This document shows, one piece after another, positions 56,542 through 64,000 of a stretch of 64,000 nt of DNA. The stretch is from Actinomycetota bacterium (GTDB taxonomy: Bacteria > Actinomycetota > Acidimicrobiia > Acidimicrobiales > Ilumatobacteraceae): NCBI GenBank assembly GCA_016870865.1, contig VGAC01000002.1:25792-89791 (forward strand). The letters are read 5' to 3'. Both the position numbers and the translations under genes were made by a program. How positions within the stretch are numbered: the stretch's first letter is position 1; every line of letters begins with the position of its first letter. A model generated the notes under the pieces. It did no database searches and was not told the origin of the DNA. It worked only from the letters and a program-made list of their open reading frames with translations.

Positions 56542-57636
56542 TCAGGACAGGCCCGCCACGACGGAATCGGTGAGGGCCGACATCATCTCGGGATATCCGC
56601 CACCCTCGGGCACGAGGTGCGTCGCAAGTTCGACGACTTCGACTCCGACCTCTTTTGCCAACTGTTCGACAACGTCGGCCGGCGTGCCGAGCTCGGTAAA
56701 GATGGCCTTCACGTCCTCGCCCTTAGCGAGAGCTTTCAACTCGGCGAGATTCTTGGCTGTCGCTTCAGCTGCCGTCGAAAAGCTCGGGACGACCGAACCG
56801 AGGATCTCACACCCGTAACGCGCCGCGAAATAACCCAGCGAGTCGTGACCGGTAATCATGACGCACGGGTCGAGGCCCGACATTTTTGTTTCGATCTCTT
56901 TGTTGAGGTTCTCCAGCAACGACACCTGCGCTGCACCTGCGCTTGAAAGATCGGCGCCGATCACCGAACCAATTTGTTCGGCCATCTCTGGCACTGCCTC
57001 GGCAAGCGTGAGTGGGTCGAGCCAGATGTGCGGGTCCTCAGCGCCGTGACCGTGCTCTTTGTCGCCGTGCTCTTTGTCGCCGTGTTCTTCGTCGCCGTGC
57101 GCTTCGTCGCCGTGCGCTTCGTCGCCGTGCGCTTCGTCGCCGTGTTCTTCGTCGCCGTGTTCTTCGTCGCCGTGTTCTTCGTCGCCGTGCGCGTGGTCCG
57201 AACCTTTGCGTAGCGTGACGTGGTCCGCGACGTGAAACACCGGTACTCCCGACTTCTCCGTCTCGGCCAGTGCGTCCTCAAGACCTTCTTCCAAGTCCAA
57301 GCCGTTTGCAACGACGATCGCCGACGATGACATCATTTCGACATCCTTTGCCGACGGCTCGAAGTCATGCGGGTCTGTCCCATTTGGAATGATCACCTCG
57401 ACGCGTGCCGAGTCCCCGACAATGCCGGCAACCACGCTCTCAAGAGCGCTGTACGTGACGGCAACGACGGGTAGTCCATCGACTCCCCCGACCGGCGCAT
57501 TTGTCGAAGATGAAACCTGGGAATCGACGACGGACTCGGAGGCCGCAGAAGTGTCGTTGGTGCTCGAAGAATCTCCGGAGCACGCGCCGAGAGCGACGAT
57601 CGCGACTAACCATGAAGCACGCCTCAGAGCCCGCAC
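56542..57636 (-). CDS. znuA: metal ABC transporter substrate-binding lipoprotein with long His/Asp/Glu-rich loop (ZnuA-like)
   Basis: GTG start. Lipobox VALGACSG, ZnuA/TroA family blocks (DPHDFEPS, DPHIWLDP, HDSLGYF) and a ~55-aa insertion of HGDE(E/A/K) repeats. Confidence 0.85.
   Translation of the reverse strand: MRALRRASWLVAIVALGACSGDSSSTNDTSAASESVVDSQVSSSTNAPVGGVDGLPVVAVTYSALESVVAGIVGDSARVEVIIPNGTDPHDFEPSAKDVEMMSSSAIVVANGLDLEEGLEDALAETEKSGVPVFHVADHVTLRKGSDHAHGDEEHGDEEHGDEEHGDEAHGDEAHGDEAHGDEEHGDKEHGDKEHGHGAEDPHIWLDPLTLAEAVPEMAEQIGSVIGADLSSAGAAQVSLLENLNKEIETKMSGLDPCVMITGHDSLGYFAARYGCEILGSVVPSFSTAAEATAKNLAELKALAKGEDVKAIFTELGTPADVVEQLAKEVGVEVVELATHLVPEGGGYPEMMSALTDSVVAGLS
57046..57195 (-). 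repeat. 10 tandem 15-nt repeats (GTCGCCGTGNNCTTN) inside znuA
   Basis: The units are read directly from the sequence. They encode (H-G-D-E/K-E/A)n on the minus strand. Confidence 0.95.
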
Positions 57637-57666
57637 GACCCAAGCATAGGAGGACGAGAACCATTC

Positions 57667-58128
57667 TCAGTTATTTTCGTGCTCGAGAAGCCACGACTTG
57701 CGGTCGAGCCCACCCGCATACCCGGTCAACTCGCCCCCGGCACCGATGACACGATGGCACGGAACGATGATTGCCAGGGGGTTGCGGCCGTTCGCCCCGC
57801 CCACGGCCCTCACGGCCCGTGGCTTTCCCATCGCCTTGGCCTGATCCGCGTAGGTGATCGTCGAGCCGAAGGGAATCCTGCACAAGACCTTCCACGACAG
57901 GAGTTGAAAAGGCGTGCCTGCGGGTTCGAGAGAAAGATCGAAGGCCTGTCTGATCCCAGCGAAGTACTCCTCCAACTGCCTTGTCGCTGCGGCCAGATGC
58001 TCATTGTCCGGGGACCCCGAGCGAGTTCGCTCACCCGCGCTGAAACCGACGCGACGCAGACCGGTCGCGGATGCCACGAGCAACAGCCGACCAAGCGGTG
58101 AATCCGCGACATGTGTGAATTCGACCAC
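57667..58128 (-). CDS. ogt: methylated-DNA--protein-cysteine methyltransferase
   Basis: 153 aa with the active-site motif IIVPCHRVIG, preceded by a helix-turn-helix TYADQA..MGKPRAVRAVGGANG.NP. Confidence 0.92.
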   Translation of the reverse strand: MVEFTHVADSPLGRLLLVASATGLRRVGFSAGERTRSGSPDNEHLAAATRQLEEYFAGIRQAFDLSLEPAGTPFQLLSWKVLCRIPFGSTITYADQAKAMGKPRAVRAVGGANGRNPLAIIVPCHRVIGAGGELTGYAGGLDRKSWLLEHENN

Positions 58129-58193
58129 CTGACCTCCCTATCAGCCACCGTCACCGCATCCCGCACGGTGGTCAGTTGTATGGTGCAAAAGAG

Positions 58194-59702
58194 ATGTCCG
58201 CGAAGCCCCCGCACGCAGCCCCTGACCTTAGCCGTCGGGAAATCCTCACCGTCTTCATCGGTCTGATGGCGGGACTCAGCCTTGCCTCGCTGGACAGCAC
58301 CGCAGTCAATACTGCGATCGCAACGATGGTCGCCGACCTCGGTGGCCTGAGTGCCTACGCGTGGATCGGCACTGCCTACCTGCTCACGTCGACGGTCTCC
58401 AATGCGCTCTTCGGAAAGTTGAGTGACATATACGGACGCCGGCCGATGTTCCAGCTGGCGATCCTCACCTTCATCATCGGCTCCATTGGTTGTGCGGTCG
58501 CACAGTCAATGTCGGTACTTGTCATCTCGCGCGGCGTACAGGGGATCGGAGGGGGTGGCCTCATGTCGCTGGCCTTCGTCATCATCGGCGACACGGTTCC
58601 TCCGCGCGAGCGTGGTCGTTACGTGGGAATGATCACCAGCGTCTTCGCCGTCGGCAGCGTCCTGGGGCCGCTCGTCGGTGGCTTCTTCACCGAGCAGTTG
58701 TCGTGGCGTTGGATCTTCATCATCAACATCCCCATCGGAATCGTCGCGCTGATCATCACATCGGCTGCCCTCAAGATTCCACTCCAGAAGCGAGACCACA
58801 GGGTCGACTGGCTGGGCTCGGCACTGTTGACGTCATCGGTGACGTGCCTCATCCTGCTGTTGTCGTGGTCGTCCGAGGAGTACGGGTGGACATCTGCGTT
58901 CTCGGTCACGCTCGGCCTGGCAGCGGCCCTCGTGGGTATCGCATTCGTGCAGTGGGAGAAGAAGGCCCCCGAACCGGTGATGCCCCTGCACCTGTTCAAG
59001 ATCGACGTGATCCGCGTGACCGTGCCCCTGGTCGCATTCACGGGAACCATCATCTACGGCGCAAATGCCTTCATTCCGCTCTTTCTCCAGGCGGTCACCG
59101 GCGTGTCGCCCACAAACTCGGGCCTGCTCCTTGTTCCGATCATGGTGGGCGTAACGTTTGCAAGCATCACGACGGGTCGGCTGACCACACGAAGCGGCAC
59201 GTACCGACATTGGCCGATACTCGGCGCAGTCTCGCTGACGCTCGGCATGGTTTTCCTCTCGGCGATGTCCGATACGGGCCTTGGAATGACCAGTGCGCTC
59301 GTCGGCATGCTCTTTGTCGGCTCGGGCATCGGCAGCATCATGCCCACCTGCACACTTGCCACGCAGAATGCTGTCGACTGGCACGACCTGGGTGTCGCCA
59401 GTGCGGCGATCACATTCTTCCGCTCGCTGGGCGGCGCGATCGGACTTGCGGCTTTCGGCGCGATTCTCAATTCGCAGATCACGGGCAAGGTCGACAAGGC
59501 GCTGCTGCAGGCACCACGCAAAATCACGTCGATTCCCGACGTCGACGTGCGCAACTCGGTACTCGACGTTCTGGCGAACGGCATCAAGTTCCTCTACATC
59601 GTCGCCATTCCTGTTGCGATCATCGTGATCCTGATCGCGATCAAACTCCCCGGGCGCCCGCTACGACAGACCACCGGTGCACCGGCGGTGTCCGTCGACT
59701 AG
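58194..59702 (+). CDS. MFS transporter, DHA2 (14-TM, EmrB/QacA-like) family
   Basis: About 500 aa with LDSTAVNTAIATMVADLGG, motif A GKLSDIYGRRP and 14 hydrophobic segments. An alternative start is TTG 58176. Confidence 0.85.
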   Translation: MSAKPPHAAPDLSRREILTVFIGLMAGLSLASLDSTAVNTAIATMVADLGGLSAYAWIGTAYLLTSTVSNALFGKLSDIYGRRPMFQLAILTFIIGSIGCAVAQSMSVLVISRGVQGIGGGGLMSLAFVIIGDTVPPRERGRYVGMITSVFAVGSVLGPLVGGFFTEQLSWRWIFIINIPIGIVALIITSAALKIPLQKRDHRVDWLGSALLTSSVTCLILLLSWSSEEYGWTSAFSVTLGLAAALVGIAFVQWEKKAPEPVMPLHLFKIDVIRVTVPLVAFTGTIIYGANAFIPLFLQAVTGVSPTNSGLLLVPIMVGVTFASITTGRLTTRSGTYRHWPILGAVSLTLGMVFLSAMSDTGLGMTSALVGMLFVGSGIGSIMPTCTLATQNAVDWHDLGVASAAITFFRSLGGAIGLAAFGAILNSQITGKVDKALLQAPRKITSIPDVDVRNSVLDVLANGIKFLYIVAIPVAIIVILIAIKLPGRPLRQTTGAPAVSVD

Positions 59703-59738
59703 CAATAACCGCGCCATTTAACTGCCGCCCGAGGAGTG

Positions 59739-60980
59739 TTATGAACCGGCCGCCTTCGGCTCCTTGGGAAGCCCAAGGACGCGTTCTGCGACGATGTTGC
59801 GCTGGATTTGGCTGGTGCCGCCCCAGATTGTTTCGGAGCGGGAGAAGAAGAACGCCGACATCATCGGACTCACGGGGTAGCCCGCGCGACGCTTTTCGCG
59901 CGCAGTGCCGGGCCACGACGCCAAATCGGCACCCACATCCACCAACACGGAATCGGTGCCGAAGATGTCGAGAGCCAGCTCCATTGCTTCTCTGTGCATT
60001 TCCGACCAGAACATCTTGTTCGACGCACCGAGCGCGGCGACACCCGGGTCCTTCGACTTGTTCAACGTCGCCGTCAGCGAGCGAAAACCGTTGATGCGGA
60101 GGATCTGGATCTTCGTGTAGTAGCGCACGAGGCGCTGACGAATCAGTGGATCCTCGATGGCGCCGTTCGCCAGCGCGCGGGTGCGCATCATTTTGTATTC
60201 CTCTTCGAAACGTCGGTAGCCGGTGGTCGTACTCATCCCGCGCTCGAAGGCGAGCGTCGAGTTGGCGACCTGCCAACCGTTGTTCACACCGCCAACGACG
60301 TTGTCCTTCGGGCAGCGTGCATCAGTGAAGAACACTTCACAGAATTCAGCCGTACCGTCGGGCTGCACGATGCCGCGCACTTCCACGCCGGCCTGGCGCA
60401 TCGGCACCAGCAGGTACGAGATGCCCTTGTGCTTGGGCACTGTCGGGTCGGTACGGGTGAGGAGGAAGCAGTAGTCCGCGTGGTGACCGCCCGTTGTCCA
60501 CACTTTCTGGCCGTTGATCACCCATTCGTCACCATCGAGCACCGCCGTCGTCTTGAGACTGGCGAGGTCGCTGCCGCTGTTCGGCTCGCTGAAACCCTGG
60601 CACCAGCGCGTTTCTCCGCGCAGGATCTTTGGCAGGAATTCCTTTTTTTGTTCCTCCGTTCCCCACTGCAGAATCGTCGGTCCGACGAGCGTGTCACCGA
60701 AGAAGTCGGCACGCATCGGTGCCTTTGCAGCGGCAAACTCCTCCGAGAGCACGACGCCCTGCATTACGGACAGGCCCTTGCCGCCGTATTCTCTCGGCCA
60801 TGTCGCACAGATCCAGCCACCGTCGTAGAGCTTTGCGGGCCACGACTCGTTGAATTTCCGGCGATCGTCGGCCGACAGCTCGAACTCGGGGTCGAACCAA
60901 CCGTTGGGCAAGTTGGCGCGCAGCCAGGCACGCACCTCTTCGCGGAATTCCTCGGCATCGGCTGGGTAGGTCAACTCCAT
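59739..60980 (-). CDS. acyl-CoA dehydrogenase family protein
   Basis: Internal ATG at 60980 (MELTYPADAEEFREEVRAWL...), 413 aa. The FadE-type core has WCQGFSEPNSGSDLA and a C-terminal IWGGTSQIQRNIVAERVLGLP. Confidence 0.88.
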   Translation of the reverse strand: MELTYPADAEEFREEVRAWLRANLPNGWFDPEFELSADDRRKFNESWPAKLYDGGWICATWPREYGGKGLSVMQGVVLSEEFAAAKAPMRADFFGDTLVGPTILQWGTEEQKKEFLPKILRGETRWCQGFSEPNSGSDLASLKTTAVLDGDEWVINGQKVWTTGGHHADYCFLLTRTDPTVPKHKGISYLLVPMRQAGVEVRGIVQPDGTAEFCEVFFTDARCPKDNVVGGVNNGWQVANSTLAFERGMSTTTGYRRFEEEYKMMRTRALANGAIEDPLIRQRLVRYYTKIQILRINGFRSLTATLNKSKDPGVAALGASNKMFWSEMHREAMELALDIFGTDSVLVDVGADLASWPGTAREKRRAGYPVSPMMSAFFFSRSETIWGGTSQIQRNIVAERVLGLPKEPKAAGS

Positions 60981-61079
60981 TCGACAATTATCTACCCACC
61001 GGTAACCGGAGGACGAATTCACCTTCCTGCAACATCCGCCGCACATTCCCCAGACGGGTAATTTCTAGGATGGTCGTCC

Positions 61080-61337
61080 ATGGCGAACAGTCCCCTTGGG
61101 CCGGCCGAGACCGCCGTTCTGCGCGTCCTCGTCGACCGTGTGGGACGCGTCACGGGGCGCCCCGACCTGAACCGACTTGCCGGCCTCGACGGCTCCGAAC
61201 GTCGGTGCGATGCCGCGCTTGTCACGCTGCGGCGTCTCCTTGGGCCGGGCTCGATCAAAACCATTCGGCGACGTGGCTGGATGCTTTCCGAACAAAGCGT
61301 CGATAGTGCGCGGTTTCTGCTTGACTCTCGGAGGTGA
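61080..61337 (+). CDS. stand-alone winged-helix (OmpR/PhoB C-terminal type) DNA-binding protein
   Basis: 85 aa. LGPAETAVLRVLVDRVGRVTGRPDL...CDAALVTLRRLLGPGSIKTIRRRGWML matches the Trans_reg_C pattern, and there is no receiver domain. Its TGA overlaps the GTG of the next ORF. Confidence 0.65.
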   Translation: MANSPLGPAETAVLRVLVDRVGRVTGRPDLNRLAGLDGSERRCDAALVTLRRLLGPGSIKTIRRRGWMLSEQSVDSARFLLDSRR

Positions 61338-64000
61338 TTTCGTCGACTGTATTTGCAGCCAGCGGAGCGGGCACTCTCGACTTGGGTCGGGTTCTCCTCG
61401 AACTTGCCCTCATCCTCGCTGCCGCAAAGTTGATCGGTGAACTGGCGGAAAAAATCGGCACACCCGCCGTCCTGGGAGAAATCCTCGCCGGCGTCCTCAT
61501 CGGACCATCGGTGCTCGGCTTGGTGGAACCATCAGACTCGCTCTTTTTGATCGCAGAACTCGGAGCAATCCTTCTACTGATGCAAGTCGGAATGGAAACC
61601 GACCTAAACGAAATGCGACGCGTGGGTCGCGCAGCCCTCAGCGTCGGTCTCATCGGCGTGGCCCTGCCGCTCATCTTCGGTTCGGTGACGGGCCTGGCGT
61701 TTGGCGAGAGTGGAAACACTGCGCTGTTCGTGGGGGCGACCCTCACAGCCACGAGTGTTGGCATCACGGCCCGCGTGTTCGGCGATCTCAGGGTATTGAC
61801 GACAAGCGAAGCGCGTATCGTTCTTGGCGCCGCGGTGGCCGACGATGTGCTTGGCCTCATCATCCTCACCATTGTCACGCGCATGGTCGAAGAGGGGACC
61901 ATCGGTATCGGTACCATCGCAACGACAACGCTGACGGCCTTCGCATTTCTCGCCGTCGCGTCGCTCGTAGGCCTCTCCGCGGTGCCAAAAATCATTGCGC
62001 TCGCGGCGAAGAGGGCTTCTTCACCCGCAGCGGTTTCGGTGCTTGCCGTCGGTATTGCCCTTGCGTATTCGGGTGTCGCAGACGCAGCGAAACTTGCACC
62101 GATTATCGGTGCATTCGTCGCGGGAACCGCTCTCGGACGCACGGTTGCCCATCAGCGAATCGAGCGTGACGTGGCTGCCGTCGCATCTCTGTTCATCCCG
62201 GTTTTCTTCCTCCAAATCGGTATCGAGACCGACGTCGCGTCGATGGCGCGACCAAAGGTTCTGGCGATTGCAGGATTGCTCTTCGTCGTGGGCGCGGCGA
62301 CAAAGATCGTGGCCGGCATCGGAGTGGGCCGCAACGGCGGTGACAGGTTGTTGGTCGGCCTCGGCATGATGCCGCGCGGCGAAGTGGGTCTGATTTTCGC
62401 GACGATCGGCCTCGGTGTCGGGGTGTTCGACGACGACCTCTACGCGGCTCTCGTGCTCGTCGTCCTTGCGACGACGGTGGTCAGCCCTGCCGCTCTCCGT
62501 TGGCGGATCAGACGCAACGGCATCGAGGGCGCTGGGACCGCTGGGGACGGGGAGATCAGGCCTGAATCCGGCTGGTTGAGCGTGGTCGACGGTCGAATTG
62601 ACCTCGCCGCGAATCCGCCGACTTCGGCGATAGCGGACGTTTTGCTGGCTGCCGCGCTCCTTTCGGTCGACAACCAGCCAAGTGACACGCTGCTCGATTG
62701 GGTCACCGCGCACAGGGACGCCTCACTCGAATGGGACCGCGAATCAACGACGATCCTGCTCGAGGTTCTTCGTCATGGATCGCCCCGCTCCTGGCATCTT
62801 CTCGAGGCAGCGAATCTGTTCGACCGCACGATCCCTGAGATTGCCGCGGCGCTTCGCTCACGCGCAGCGGACAACATGGAGACTGGCACGACCCAACTCG
62901 TACGTTTTCCCACGGTCGAAGCACTGCGTGAAGAAACTGCTGTTGCGTCGTCGCACAGTGACACTCTTGTGCTCGCGGCGTTTCTGGTCGACATCGTGGC
63001 ATCTCCCGACCGGGTGCCCGCGATCCTCCATCATCTCGACCTCGACCTCAACACCGCGGGCGAGGTGGAAGATCTGCTCAACGGTGCAAAACTCCTGCGC
63101 GGCGCCGTCGAACACATGCCCAATCACATCGACGACAGAATCCTTCGAGACATTGCCCATGGTCTGCGTCAGCCGGGCATCGTCGAACGCAGTCGGCTGC
63201 TGGCCGATGCGATCGGAGGACTCGAAACGTGGCAGCGCACTGCGATGGTCGACTTCACCGTCAAAGTACAGGCCCTCCTCGCCCATCCAGAACTATTGAG
63301 TGGCGTCGATGACTCGCTCGCCGACATGCGACGCAGGCAAACAGCCGAACTCACCCCCGACCCCACACTTGTCGAGCGCATCAATCTTGCGCCGACGACG
63401 TACGTGCTGGCACATGAACCCGAGCGACTCCTTCAACAGATTCGCCTTGTCGAACCTGCTCCCCAGGGAAAGTCGGTTCGTACGACGGTTTGCGCGACGA
63501 GCGAACCGTCGCAGTTCGAAATCACCGTCGCGTGTCGCGACCGGCGGGGCCTCTTGTCGCGTCTCGCGGGTGCACTGGCGGATGCGGGCTACTCGGTGAG
63601 GACGGCAAGTCTCGCCACATGGCCCGACGGCGCGGTTCTCGACACGTTCGTCGTGACCGCCGACCCAGCTCCGGAGCCCAAAGTGTTGTCGAAGATCCTG
63701 TCACGGGCGCTTCGTGGTCGACGAAGTACGCGGCGCATTCAGGGACCTGCCCCGCGTCTCACGATCGACAACGCCATCCATCCATGGCACACGATCCTGC
63801 GCGTCACCGGCCTCGACCGTATCGGACTCTTGGCGGCGGTCAGCGCCGCCCTGAGTCGCGCGGGCGTCATCGTTCATCATGCAACGATCCAAACCCAAGA
63901 CGGCATGGCCGACGACACCTTTGAGGTATCCAATCGTGCGGGGCAGAAGTTGACCGACGACATCATCGTGCGCGTTCGTAGGAACCTTTCAAAATTGAGC
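61334..64000 (+). CDS. cation/proton antiporter (Kef/CPA2-like, ~390 aa) fused to a GlnD-like C-terminal region with two ACT domains; 3' end beyond the window
   Basis: I translated this frame by hand from 61334 to 64000: 889 codons with no stop. The N-terminus LLELALILAAAKLIGELAEKIGTPAVLGEILAGVLIGPSVLG and later MMPRGEVGLIFA are Na_H_Exchanger hallmarks. The C-terminus has FEITVACRDRRGLLSRLAGALADAGYSV..A....DGAVLDTFVV and TILRVTGLDRIGLLAAVSAALSRAGVIV..A.I.T.DGMADDTFEV (ACT x2). It is absent from the ORF track, presumably because it runs off the end. The exact start is uncertain. Confidence 0.8.
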   Translation, partial: MISSTVFAASGAGTLDLGRVLLELALILAAAKLIGELAEKIGTPAVLGEILAGVLIGPSVLGLVEPSDSLFLIAELGAILLLMQVGMETDLNEMRRVGRAALSVGLIGVALPLIFGSVTGLAFGESGNTALFVGATLTATSVGITARVFGDLRVLTTSEARIVLGAAVADDVLGLIILTIVTRMVEEGTIGIGTIATTTLTAFAFLAVASLVGLSAVPKIIALAAKRASSPAAVSVLAVGIALAYSGVADAAKLAPIIGAFVAGTALGRTVAHQRIERDVAAVASLFIPVFFLQIGIETDVASMARPKVLAIAGLLFVVGAATKIVAGIGVGRNGGDRLLVGLGMMPRGEVGLIFATIGLGVGVFDDDLYAALVLVVLATTVVSPAALRWRIRRNGIEGAGTAGDGEIRPESGWLSVVDGRIDLAANPPTSAIADVLLAAALLSVDNQPSDTLLDWVTAHRDASLEWDRESTTILLEVLRHGSPRSWHLLEAANLFDRTIPEIAAALRSRAADNMETGTTQLVRFPTVEALREETAVASSHSDTLVLAAFLVDIVASPDRVPAILHHLDLDLNTAGEVEDLLNGAKLLRGAVEHMPNHIDDRILRDIAHGLRQPGIVERSRLLADAIGGLETWQRTAMVDFTVKVQALLAHPELLSGVDDSLADMRRRQTAELTPDPTLVERINLAPTTYVLAHEPERLLQQIRLVEPAPQGKSVRTTVCATSEPSQFEITVACRDRRGLLSRLAGALADAGYSVRTASLATWPDGAVLDTFVVTADPAPEPKVLSKILSRALRGRRSTRRIQGPAPRLTIDNAIHPWHTILRVTGLDRIGLLAAVSAALSRAGVIVHHATIQTQDGMADDTFEVSNRAGQKLTDDIIVRVRRNLSKLS

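Noticed and set aside
57046-57195. Possible CRISPR array or non-coding satellite
   Set aside because: The period is only 15 nt with no spacers. The repeats lie in frame inside znuA and encode the His/Asp/Glu loop.
60981-61079. Small palindrome CCGGT-A-ACCGG in the acyl-CoA dehydrogenase / winged-helix intergenic region as an operator
   Set aside because: The arms are only 5 bp and GC-rich, which is expected by chance in this genome. It is mentioned under the winged-helix finding but is not called as a feature.
61255-62713. Minus-strand ORFs 61255..62142 (295 aa) and 62021..62713 (230 aa)
   Set aside because: Both are antisense to the long uninterrupted plus-strand antiporter-ACT reading frame. 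Their products are Ala/Thr/Arg/Ser-rich junk. The plus frame has textbook antiporter motifs.

Overview
This is a gene-dense window with very high GC content and almost no intergenic space. It looks like chromosomal core sequence from an Actinomycetota-type genome, possibly Acidimicrobiia-like; that taxonomic guess is inference only. I support about 66 protein genes and 4 tRNAs: Leu-UAA, Glu-CUC, Gln-CUG and Arg-CCG. I found no rRNA, CRISPR array, transposase, integrase or prophage.

Housekeeping genes include argG, gltX, argS-lysA, uppP, mscL, mutY, ogt, hrpB and a class I fumarase. The rest is a large set of redox and acyl-CoA enzymes:
- three LLM/F420-type oxidoreductases
- two acyl-CoA dehydrogenases
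- a MaoC dehydratase, a Chloroflexus-type malyl-CoA lyase and a CitE-like enzyme
- a P450, a Rieske oxygenase and a ferredoxin

There is also a ZnuABC-type metal uptake operon and several exported enzymes with Thr/Pro-rich segments.

Many long ORFs in the supplied track are antisense or out-of-frame shadows typical of high-GC DNA, and many real genes start well inside the listed ORF.

Most notable observations:
1. An in-frame TGA at 21377 lies inside a U-G-S-C-x-x-C motif. A perfect hairpin starts 11 nt downstream. This predicts a selenoprotein that the track splits in two, and it sits directly after a thioredoxin-fold fusion protein.
2. An open reading frame of at least 889 codons (61334..64000, running off the window) is absent from the track. 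It fuses a Kef-type cation/proton antiporter to a GlnD-like C-terminal half with two ACT domains.
3. A 28-codon ORF matches the actinobacterial mini ribosomal protein bL37.
4. A secreted tandem DUF1524/HNH-type nuclease has a degenerate first copy and an (ACG)n poly-Thr linker.
5. Genes of malyl-CoA, methylsuccinyl-CoA and mesaconyl-CoA type metabolism are scattered across the window.

All functional calls come from motif recognition by eye; no searches were run.
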